A DNA stretch of 29,742 bases from an uncultured Candidatus Poseidoniales archaeon. Lineage in GTDB: Archaea; Thermoplasmatota; Poseidoniia; Poseidoniales; Thalassarchaeaceae. How positions within the stretch are numbered: the stretch's first letter is position 1; each line of letters opens with the position of its first letter. The translations under genes and the position numbers were made by a program. The stretch is from NCBI GenBank assembly GCA_964645485.1, contig CAZXZO010000009.1:29612-59353 (forward strand), in the 5' to 3' direction. The notes beneath the pieces were generated by a model. That model did no database searches. It was not told the origin of the DNA and saw only the letters and a program-made list of their open reading frames with translations. Positions 20,401-27,080 of the stretch are shown here, piece by piece.

Positions 20401-21226
20401 TGAAACGATGGTCAATAATACGTGTGAGGACCACAGGTTGAGGGTCTGTTTACCCACCGGTTTGAACCCCAAGAAGGTGTGGTGTGGAGGGGCGTTTGAC
20501 GTGCTCTCAAGAAATACTAGTTTGCCTCACGTGGAGGAGTGGGAACAACCAACGGTGCCAACTCAACATTTCAGTCAGTTTGTATCTATGCAAGACCGGC
20601 TTGGCGGCTTGGCAGTGATTGTGCCGGGCTCCAACGAATATGAGGTTGCCAAGACTGATGGTAAGGATGGACTGGATTTACGAATCACGATGCTGAGAGC
20701 GACTGGCTGGTTGAGTCGGGATGGATTTGCCAGCCGGCGAAATCGTGCTGGACCTTGTTATCCAGCTCCTGGCGCTCAGTGCCAAGGTCAATCATGGATG
20801 CGTTGGGGAATATTGCCTTACGAAGGTATGTGGGCACAAGCAGGTGTGCACGAATCGGCAGAGAAATTTGCCGCTAATGCGACTCTGTTGCCTGCACATG
20901 GGAAGCCGCAACTCAACGGCTTCTTTGATGACCCGTTGTCAAAAGGAATCCGAGGGCGCTCAGCCGCGCCGGTCAGATTTGTTGGGGATGGGCCGCGGCC
21001 GATTTTATCAGCATGTAAGCCGGCCGAGGATGGTGAGGGAACTGTAATCAGGATTCACAATCCAACAAAATACGAGTGGAACGGTAGAATCGAGACAGAT
21101 TTACCTTTGTTTGAATGTAACGAATGCGACATGATGGAAAATGCTGGCAAAGCGGTTGACATCAGTGACCAAGGATGGGAAGTCAGCATTGGGGCAAAGA
21201 AAATTGTAACTTTCCGCTTCAAGTAG
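17405..21226 (+). CDS. GH38 alpha-mannosidase (MngB/mannosylglycerate-hydrolase-like) with long Pro/Gly/Ser- and acid-rich N-terminal extension
   Basis: HTHWDRAWY (Zn ligands), LDGQ, IGPWYVLPDE, YVPDPFGH (nucleophile Asp), HPHDDVCGCS and LRATGWLSR. Residues 1-~328 are low complexity. No signal peptide. Confidence 0.92.
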   Translation: MARKRRVKKNGPAGPQSGPPSGPPSGPPSGPPSSGPPGSARKGPPSSSRGPPGSSPRPPGSGSSGPPSSMPPMSGGPPSMPPPGPPASTVPIEPEDEEFNSEEESDEDSTQHAEESEASDESADEEEIDSDDEESDAESAESIEMDDALAMVSSTPSPESSPMPPMGPPSGPPSGPPSGPPAGPPSGPPSGPPSDPPAGPSGPPQAVDMAAAFGAIGMTPLGADGDSAAEDSDDESEAEAEAEAEAEAEAAPEVEADVEAESQDEPEAIEADLAGPTIEHIQADPRDEIEVEVVEIGELSPLRKPLRNPEPPAPEPDLGTPVLEAASDMGESKLVGHIVPHTHWDRAWYLPFQQFRYKLVEMVDDLLDLMETNPESFPTFELDGQTVVIEDYLEVRPENRERLISLVESGRLSIGPWYVLPDEYIVGGEALVRNLIAGKRVASAHGGCSTVGYVPDPFGHVGQLPAVLQGCGLDTFIFTRGAGPWVAEEAKGIFYWQAADGETEVLAIKQVPDYPNLMAWGFEDRPLDKKSSPNVNVDTAMAKMERLLEMHKKTYLWRPTDLLFGQGSDHTLPQTTLPKLITAANDHFGNKIQFKHSSFSQFTNDLKSWIGRKKIYRYQGELHDGWDRNILSGVFSARLYLKRLNDQTMRALTDRVEPLSAAARAYGGRDRQARLNLAWREVLRAHPHDDVCGCSVDSVHDDNEVFLKHAQQISMMLVDDAAEDLRGAFNLHHVDRDAVPVLLHNPLPVAWSGTLPIDMALPAYRCYLEAGKTLKIELSKPVDGCILQTMATLSEPQFGLHEHPDRTINVELPRVQGAVLVHNLPPGIHVAHVLPGTGSQNLPAKPVKTGGRQGRTDWMENGLVRVQFGRDGRFDVIDAATKRTYTGLGRLEDSEDAGDSYDWSAGGKPVEVGTGRGSKMEKRVLPVDRRIYDMDEADKRATSVTLMMENAWLTTVLVQSHWSLPLAFDNDTQKRTTEEEWVTVEHYVTLRSGSKVVEIETMVNNTCEDHRLRVCLPTGLNPKKVWCGGAFDVLSRNTSLPHVEEWEQPTVPTQHFSQFVSMQDRLGGLAVIVPGSNEYEVAKTDGKDGLDLRITMLRATGWLSRDGFASRRNRAGPCYPAPGAQCQGQSWMRWGILPYEGMWAQAGVHESAEKFAANATLLPAHGKPQLNGFFDDPLSKGIRGRSAAPVRFVGDGPRPILSACKPAEDGEGTVIRIHNPTKYEWNGRIETDLPLFECNECDMMENAGKAVDISDQGWEVSIGAKKIVTFRFK
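17432..17669 (+). repeat. Coding low-complexity repeat, (GPPS)n block 1
   Basis: GPAGPQSGPPSGPPSGPPSGPPSSGPPG...; 12-bp units diverged at synonymous positions. Boundaries approximate. Confidence 0.8.
17890..18018 (+). repeat. Coding low-complexity repeat, (GPPS/GPPA)n block 2
   Basis: MPPMGPPSGPPSGPPSGPPAGPPSGPPSGPPSDPPAGPSGPPQ. Boundaries approximate. Confidence 0.8.
18113..18154 (+). repeat. Hexamer tandem repeat (GARGCA)x7 encoding (EA)7
   Basis: gaggca gaggca gaagca gaggca gaggca gaagca gaggcc, containing an 18-bp higher-order unit twice. Confidence 0.9.
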
Positions 21227-21238
21227 GCAGGTGAAATA

Positions 21239-21493
21239 ATGGTTGCCAACTCAATGATAATAATTGGCTGGCTGTTGATTGCAGTCATCGGAGTCGGTAT
21301 TGAATTGTTTAGACATCGAAGAAAAAAACAGCGGATAGCTACTGAAATGATTTCAAACCCTCTCATTGGTCAGTCATTCACGGTTATACAGTGTGTTCGT
21401 TGCCAGCATAAGTTTGAGATTTCTAAATCCGAGATGGCCTCACTTGAGTCTGGAAATGACCAGTTTGTGTCTTGCCCAAACTGTGGTAAGTAA
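21239..21493 (+). CDS. Small membrane protein with C-terminal zinc ribbon (CxxC-x23-CPxCG)
   Basis: TM MIIIGWLLIAVIGVGIELF, basic RHRRKKQR and CVRC...CPNCGK. SD AGGTGA at 21229-21234; starts 12 nt after the GH38 stop. Confidence 0.75.
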   Translation: MVANSMIIIGWLLIAVIGVGIELFRHRRKKQRIATEMISNPLIGQSFTVIQCVRCQHKFEISKSEMASLESGNDQFVSCPNCGK

Positions 21494-21504
21494 ATTTACC
21501 CACA

Positions 21505-21545
21505 ATTCACTTTTCCTGCTATTCAATTGCTGGCGAAAAGTGAAT
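21505..21545. repeat. Perfect 11-bp inverted repeat ATTCACTTTTC-N19-GAAAAGTGAAT (possible terminator or recombination/protein-binding site)
   Basis: Read directly. Begins 12 nt after the stop at 21493, and the right arm lies within the 23-bp direct repeat. Confidence 0.6.
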
Positions 21546-21555
21546 GGTAGATGCC
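21533..21555 (+). repeat. 23-bp direct repeat, copy 1 (GCGAAAAGTGAATGGTAGATGCC)
   Basis: Exact match to 24389-24411. Confidence 0.95.
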
Positions 21556-21730
21556 CGGATTGCATCGCGAAGCAAGGAGAAGAAAGTACAACTTTGCAAG
21601 ATTGATTAAATTTAAAAAACTTGTTCGCAACTGGATTGATGAAGGGATAAATTCACCAATATTTGTTATGGGATTATTTTGTTTGAAAAACCTACAAATA
21701 TGCAGATAAAGGGCAGAGCGGTACAAAAAT

Positions 21731-21994
21731 ATGAATTGGCATGAAGTTATCAAACAGGTTATATTAGTCATTGAGATAGCGAAGTTCATGGCCAAGAGTG
21801 TGTGGTTGACGATAATATTGATTTTGTTTCAATTTGTTATAATTTCAGAAATGGCTTTAGTGGATTTGAATGAGAAACCGATTGAACTTGAAACTTTAGA
21901 TTCAGAATTACTTTTCTCTTCAAATACCCTCCAAGCGAGTGGATTTGTGAATGGTACTTATTCAATGAATCCTCATGAGGTGGCCCTCGTTTGA
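21731..21994 (+). CDS. Small hypothetical protein with hydrophobic signal-like N-terminus
   Basis: 87 aa (68 aa from ATG 21788, MAKSVWLTIILILFQFVII). Its TGA overlaps the TTG of the next gene. May be a remnant. Confidence 0.45.
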   Translation: MNWHEVIKQVILVIEIAKFMAKSVWLTIILILFQFVIISEMALVDLNEKPIELETLDSELLFSSNTLQASGFVNGTYSMNPHEVALV

Positions 21995-24327
21995 ATTCAA
22001 GATCTAATTTGGGTCTATTCTTTTTTTTGATTTTGATAATTGGAATGCTAATTGGAGCAATTCCGATAAAGGTATGGGGTGAGGGAACTACTGACAATGG
22101 TGATTTTACTCCACAAGAATATTATGCAAATAATTTGAATATTTATTCTAAGTATTCACCGGCAATAATCAACCATGTCTACCCTACCGAAGACGGGGGT
22201 GAGTTGCTCTACATCGCGGCATATACTGGATTCAATTTCAGTGGGTCTTTGGTAGTTCCCGATAGTAATCCAGGTGGATTGTACTTGGCAAAAGTCAATG
22301 CAAACGGAGAAGATGAATGGGTGACTTTACTCACAAACCAATTTGACGAATTCGGGGTTTTCTTTGGAGAAGGGGGAATTGTCACTCATCCCACACAAGG
22401 AATTGTTGTGACAGGTTCAGATTATACAGTAAATGGGATGTTCAGGGGAGGTAGCCATATCAGTTTGGTAACTTGGGATGGTCAGTTGAAATGGACAATA
22501 GACTCTTCTTTTGGGCAAAGGTTTGTCACGGTGGACATTCAAGATGAGTTCGTCACTATCTTAGGTAGAACTGGATTATTCGACACAGCGTCGAATTGGT
22601 TACCGCCAATCACGCCACCTCTTCCAACTCTGAAATCTGCTTCATTATTGAGGTATGATATGGATGGGAATTTAATTGCAAACGTAACCTTTGCGATTAT
22701 TCGAACAGGTTCATGGTTTGGTTCGATGGATGATACATTGGTATTTCCATTTGGTGAAAACGAGTATCTGATTGACACAAGAGATTGTTGGAAAGCAACC
22801 AATGATTGTTTGGTAATCGATGATAGAAATGACCAAAATGAGCCGTCACTCATCTCCAATAACACTGAGTTAGTACGAATCAGGTTTGAAGATACGGATG
22901 GTCTCTTCATCTCGGATTTTTCCGAGACAGAATGTGAAACCAATTTTACAGAGATGACTTTGAGGTGCTCAGATGCTAAGTTCGAGTCACATATTGAAGA
23001 GTTGACCGGCAGACCAGGATATGACGGTCAAAGCGAGTTTGTTCGGCGGGAACTTTCTGAGGAATGGTTCAATAAAGTGACTATTCCTTGGATAAATGAG
23101 AGATTGACAATTGACAGAGTCTTCTTCGGGAATGATTCATCTCCATTCGATTTTCTCTTAACCATGACTTGTAGGGCGGAATGGGGTGGAGAGGTGGATG
23201 ATTGCCAATTGGGCGAGCGATTTCAGTTCAACCAATTAATTGTTGACCACACTGTCGTAGGTGTGCTCAAGGATGGAAATTTTACCCCGATAACTCTCTA
23301 TGGATATCCCGATTTGTGGACAAGAGGGGTGGTATTCTCAGTATTTTCAATTGAACAAGTCAATTCAACTACATACCTAATCCACGGCACACATTCCGGT
23401 TCAAATTTGTCAATACTTGGTCAGTTGTGGACTCCAGTAGACCCGGGCCCTGTTCGTTCATTTCGATTCCATGTTAATTTTGACCCAATTGTGAATGAGG
23501 AAGTTGAGCCTGTAATCCCAATAATCCCCGAAAATAATTCTACTGCTCCAATTATTGAGCCAGAAATTGAAATTCCGTGTGAAGAATGGACAAATGAGAG
23601 TAATTGCGCAATTCAAGAACCCATAGTTGAGCCTGAGTTGGAAGAAGAGGAGGGTGACAACCTGAGTTTGACAAATGAGCCCAGCCAAAACAATGACTCA
23701 GATGGAATCCCCCTCGTAATCGTTGCAGGGGCTGGTATTCTCAGTTTAGGAGTAATTATTTCTCGTAAAAGGGAATTAATCGCAGGTTTGTTCGGTGGTG
23801 GTCTGCTAGGGGTAATAGGCTCCAGAGCGCGAAAATATACTCCCGGTGTCAGGACATTAATCATTGATTTAATCACTTTTGAGCCGGGAATTCATCAGAG
23901 TGAAATTTGTAGACGGTTAAATTTGAGTAGTTCTCAGATTCAACATCATACTGAAATTTTGTTGCAAGAGGGTAGCATCCATCGACAAAAAAGTGGACGG
24001 AGGGTAACTTATTTCCCAATTAGTTTTGATGCCGAATTGAATGAAGAAAAGGTTTTGATTCCTACGGCTAGGGAAAATAATCTCGACACAAGAGAGAAAT
24101 TGATTTTATTGTTGCAAGAGAGTGAAAATCAGGGTGGATTTACTCAGCGTTTATTCGCTGAAAAACTAGAATGTAGTCAACCAAATATCAATAAACATTT
24201 ACAACGTTTACAAGATGAAGGAATAGCTAACAAACTTGAGAAGGTATGGGGTTTGACAGAAATTGGCAGCGATTTAGCCGAAGAAATAAAAGAAGAGCAT
24301 CATCTAGTTGAGGACATTCTCAATTAA
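21991..24327 (+). CDS. Membrane-tethered transcription regulator: signal, beta-propeller-like ectodomain, Pro/Glu linker, TM and two winged HTH domains
   Basis: TTG start with SD GAGGTG at 21977-21982. YLAKVNANG..EW / LVTWDGQLKW / LLRYDMDG blade-like repeats and TM GIPLVIVAGAGILSLGVII. wHTH1 RTLIIDLITFEPGIHQSEICRRLNLSSSQIQHH..IL..EG...GRRVTYF; wHTH2 TQRLFAEKLECSQPNINKHLQRLQDEG. Confidence 0.8.
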   Translation: MNSRSNLGLFFFLILIIGMLIGAIPIKVWGEGTTDNGDFTPQEYYANNLNIYSKYSPAIINHVYPTEDGGELLYIAAYTGFNFSGSLVVPDSNPGGLYLAKVNANGEDEWVTLLTNQFDEFGVFFGEGGIVTHPTQGIVVTGSDYTVNGMFRGGSHISLVTWDGQLKWTIDSSFGQRFVTVDIQDEFVTILGRTGLFDTASNWLPPITPPLPTLKSASLLRYDMDGNLIANVTFAIIRTGSWFGSMDDTLVFPFGENEYLIDTRDCWKATNDCLVIDDRNDQNEPSLISNNTELVRIRFEDTDGLFISDFSETECETNFTEMTLRCSDAKFESHIEELTGRPGYDGQSEFVRRELSEEWFNKVTIPWINERLTIDRVFFGNDSSPFDFLLTMTCRAEWGGEVDDCQLGERFQFNQLIVDHTVVGVLKDGNFTPITLYGYPDLWTRGVVFSVFSIEQVNSTTYLIHGTHSGSNLSILGQLWTPVDPGPVRSFRFHVNFDPIVNEEVEPVIPIIPENNSTAPIIEPEIEIPCEEWTNESNCAIQEPIVEPELEEEEGDNLSLTNEPSQNNDSDGIPLVIVAGAGILSLGVIISRKRELIAGLFGGGLLGVIGSRARKYTPGVRTLIIDLITFEPGIHQSEICRRLNLSSSQIQHHTEILLQEGSIHRQKSGRRVTYFPISFDAELNEEKVLIPTARENNLDTREKLILLLQESENQGGFTQRLFAEKLECSQPNINKHLQRLQDEGIANKLEKVWGLTEIGSDLAEEIKEEHHLVEDILN

Positions 24328-24388
24328 GGAGAAATAATCCTTGAACTATCCTCCGCCCCATTATACTATTTATTTTACATATAATCTT

Positions 24389-24411
24389 GCGAAAAGTGAA
24401 TGGTAGATGCC
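24389..24411 (+). repeat. 23-bp direct repeat, copy 2; overlaps the probable promoter of the DUF2817 gene
   Basis: Exact match to 21533-21555. Lies 20 nt upstream of GTG 24432. Confidence 0.95.
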
Positions 24412-24431
24412 GGCACTCGCAACAATTGGAA

Positions 24432-25547
24432 GTGGCTTCGGTGGTAGCGGATGATGTGTTATGGCGATATTTTTCTCCTGATTACGTAACTGCTCGTCAG
24501 CGTTTCCTTGACGCTGCTGAGAAGGCAGGAGCGAAAATCACATCCTTGCCGATTTCCGTACGCGGCCCTTCTGATGAAAACCTTACAATCGATATTGCCT
24601 ATATTGGTGGAGAGAAACCCTCACGAATGCTCATTCACACAAGTGGGGTGCATGGGGTTGAAGGATTTCCGGGGAGCGCAAATCAGGTTAGGATGTTAGA
24701 GCGTTTTTCAGCAGGAGAATTACAGATTCCTGATGATACAGGTTTGGTGGTAGCACATTCAATCAATCCTCATGGATTTGCTTGGCTAAGAAGAGTAAAC
24801 GAAAATAATGCTGATTTGAATCGAAATTTTCTACCACCAGGGGAGCCTTACGTGGGCGAGCCTGAAAGGTACCATGAATTGGATGGCTTCCTAAATCCAC
24901 GCTCTTACAAATCAACTTTTGACATGTTCACATTGAGGGCAGCATGGGTGATGCTAAAAATGGGATTCAATATTGCCAAGCAAACTATTGCTGAGGGTCA
25001 GTTCGAACGGCCAAAGTCGATGAATTATGGTGGCCACCAAATGTGTGAGGGGCCAAAACTTTGGTTAGAATATTTGTCAGGTGTGCTACCGAGTGTTAAG
25101 CGGGCAGTATGGCTTGATTTTCACACCGGATTGGGGCCATTTGGTGTTGATTCCTTACTTGTCTCAAATGAATTAGGTGAGGAGGCTTTCACGTCTCTCA
25201 CTGCACGTTATGGCTCAAGAATTCAACCATTAGACCCAGACGCTGGTGTTGCTTACCGTATACGCGGTGGAATGCTCGAAGGATTATCTGCACGATTTAC
25301 TGATATTGATTGGACATTGATTACCCAAGAGTTTGGAACTTACAAACCAGTCAAGGTGATCAAGACATTACGCGCTGAGAATAGAATGACTCAATGGTCG
25401 AATATAGGGAAGCGCGAAAAACTTCACTCGAAAGAGCGCCTAAGATTGGTGGAAATCTTCAGTCCTAATTCCGATAAATGGCGAGGAATGATAATGGATA
25501 GAGGCCAAGCGCTGATTGATGATGCTTTGGCTGATCTCAGCGATTGA
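24432..25547 (+). CDS. DUF2817 / M14-like zinc carboxypeptidase
   Basis: SGVHGVEG (HxxE), RRVNENNADLNRNF (R..N R) and DFHTGLG (third Zn ligand). Start uncertain (TTG 24387 or GTG 24432/24441/24456). Confidence 0.85.
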   Translation: MASVVADDVLWRYFSPDYVTARQRFLDAAEKAGAKITSLPISVRGPSDENLTIDIAYIGGEKPSRMLIHTSGVHGVEGFPGSANQVRMLERFSAGELQIPDDTGLVVAHSINPHGFAWLRRVNENNADLNRNFLPPGEPYVGEPERYHELDGFLNPRSYKSTFDMFTLRAAWVMLKMGFNIAKQTIAEGQFERPKSMNYGGHQMCEGPKLWLEYLSGVLPSVKRAVWLDFHTGLGPFGVDSLLVSNELGEEAFTSLTARYGSRIQPLDPDAGVAYRIRGGMLEGLSARFTDIDWTLITQEFGTYKPVKVIKTLRAENRMTQWSNIGKREKLHSKERLRLVEIFSPNSDKWRGMIMDRGQALIDDALADLSD

Positions 25548-25619
25548 GTTATTCGTGACACTTCTTTATTCACCATCGTTCCAATCTTTACTAATATGAG
25601 GCAGATATGAGAAACAGTC

Positions 25620-27080
25620 ATGAATGCAATATTGAAGTGTGTTATGATTAGTTTTATTGTGGCGTTAATGGTATTGACGATCGGCAGTGAAAATGTAGAT
25701 GCTGAAAGCCATCCCGAAGCAGATTGGCATTATTCAGAATGTGATGATTTCCCAAGACTGTTGATAAACTATTCAATTTCAAATGGGTTACTAAGTTTTA
25801 ACTTAGATCAATGTCAACAAGAATATATTGAATACGACTCCTTGATTCTCGTTGATACTTTAACAGGTGATACAGTAGTACATCTTGATGTTCAAGAAAC
25901 ACAATTTCAGGTGAACACAAATAATGTTTACAGAGTTTGTCCAGGATTTTACCAATCAATTGAGGAGGGTCAACAACCGTTGTATTGTTCGTATCCGTTT
26001 AGTGCAAACTCATTAAGTTATGGACATCATTCTGGAACGTGCTCCGGAATGGACTTCAATAGAATTGAAACACTGAATAGTTTACCAACTTCTTCAACTA
26101 TCTCTACTTTATGGGGAACTCATTGTTTTGCACCATTGTACGAGGATTACCAATCTAGTATTATGGATTGGAATCATGATTGGCTAGACTCAACATGCCA
26201 GCCATTTGCGCAATTGGGTTGTTCTGAAAAATGGAATGCCGAAATTGAGGTACTTTCTTATGGTTATGGGAATTCAGGGTTCAACCAAGTTGAACATTAC
26301 TCCAATAAAAACACAGATACTTTATTTGATGATTCAGCAAGCGACAATCAACCATTAAGTTGGGACTCGGGCCCTCATTACTTGAATCAATATGGAGAAA
26401 TTGGTCGTTGGCAGAGTGCAATAATGACAAGTGAATATTTCAATGGGATTGTTTGGTTTCAAGATGCATATCAATTTAATTTCTTAGATAGGGCCCCACT
26501 TTTTGATATGGCCTTCCACCCAAATGTGGCGCCATCAACTTACGTTAATACACCTTCATTAGAAAATTTGTACATGACCGGTTCAACCGATTATTTATGC
26601 CAATTTGTTGAACCGTTCGTTGTAACGGATGGATTTGATAACTCTATTTTAAGAGGAAAAGGCTCATCGACTATATCTTGGAACTTGTACAATTCTGAAG
26701 AACAGTTTTCAATCGAATTTTCCAAACCTTCAGTTTGTAGAACCCGTTACCGATGGGTTCAAATTGACGTGTCTTGGGATATTGATTACTACGACGGTAA
26801 TGGATTCTCTAATCTCCTATCCTCATCAAATAGTTACAATTGTGGTTTCTCGCAAAATTCTTGTATTTATGTAGAGCCAACTTTAGTTTTAGGAGGGGGG
26901 ATACAGCCGATATCCAGCCAATCAGGTACTGTAGTAACCTTCAATTCAGGTGGGGCACCTGTATATGATGTGGAGATTACAATTGATGCTTATCTTCGCC
27001 AATGGATAATTGGTACCTATAACCATGTTCTATTAGACCACGAGCAAGCAATATTAGGTTCTCAGGTGATGATTCTTTGA
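25620..27080 (+). CDS. Hypothetical secreted Cys-rich protein
   Basis: Signal-like MNAILKCVMISFIVALMVLTIGSENVDA, 12 Cys in the mature part and no clear C-terminal TM. Its TGA overlaps the TTG of the next gene. Confidence 0.65.
   Translation: MNAILKCVMISFIVALMVLTIGSENVDAESHPEADWHYSECDDFPRLLINYSISNGLLSFNLDQCQQEYIEYDSLILVDTLTGDTVVHLDVQETQFQVNTNNVYRVCPGFYQSIEEGQQPLYCSYPFSANSLSYGHHSGTCSGMDFNRIETLNSLPTSSTISTLWGTHCFAPLYEDYQSSIMDWNHDWLDSTCQPFAQLGCSEKWNAEIEVLSYGYGNSGFNQVEHYSNKNTDTLFDDSASDNQPLSWDSGPHYLNQYGEIGRWQSAIMTSEYFNGIVWFQDAYQFNFLDRAPLFDMAFHPNVAPSTYVNTPSLENLYMTGSTDYLCQFVEPFVVTDGFDNSILRGKGSSTISWNLYNSEEQFSIEFSKPSVCRTRYRWVQIDVSWDIDYYDGNGFSNLLSSSNSYNCGFSQNSCIYVEPTLVLGGGIQPISSQSGTVVTFNSGGAPVYDVEITIDAYLRQWIIGTYNHVLLDHEQAILGSQVMIL

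Noticed and set aside
21540-21605. Micro-ORF VNGRCPDCIAKQGEESTTLQD with a CPxC motif starting in direct-repeat copy 1
   Set aside because: 21 codons with a single CxxC and no SD; the homologous frame in copy 2 differs after one indel.
22021-22028. T8 homopolymer in the regulator's signal sequence as a phase-variation switch
   Set aside because: Short for a contingency tract and explained by Phe/Leu codons of a hydrophobic segment; it would need read-level indel evidence.
21960-22030. Frameshift joining 21731-21994 with 21991-24327 into one gene
   Set aside because: The downstream ORF has its own SD, start and signal sequence, and the same TTGA coupling recurs at 27077.
21556-24388. Autonomous mobile element (IS or provirus)
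   Set aside because: No transposase, integrase or replication gene and no terminal inverted repeats; reported only as a repeat-flanked cassette.
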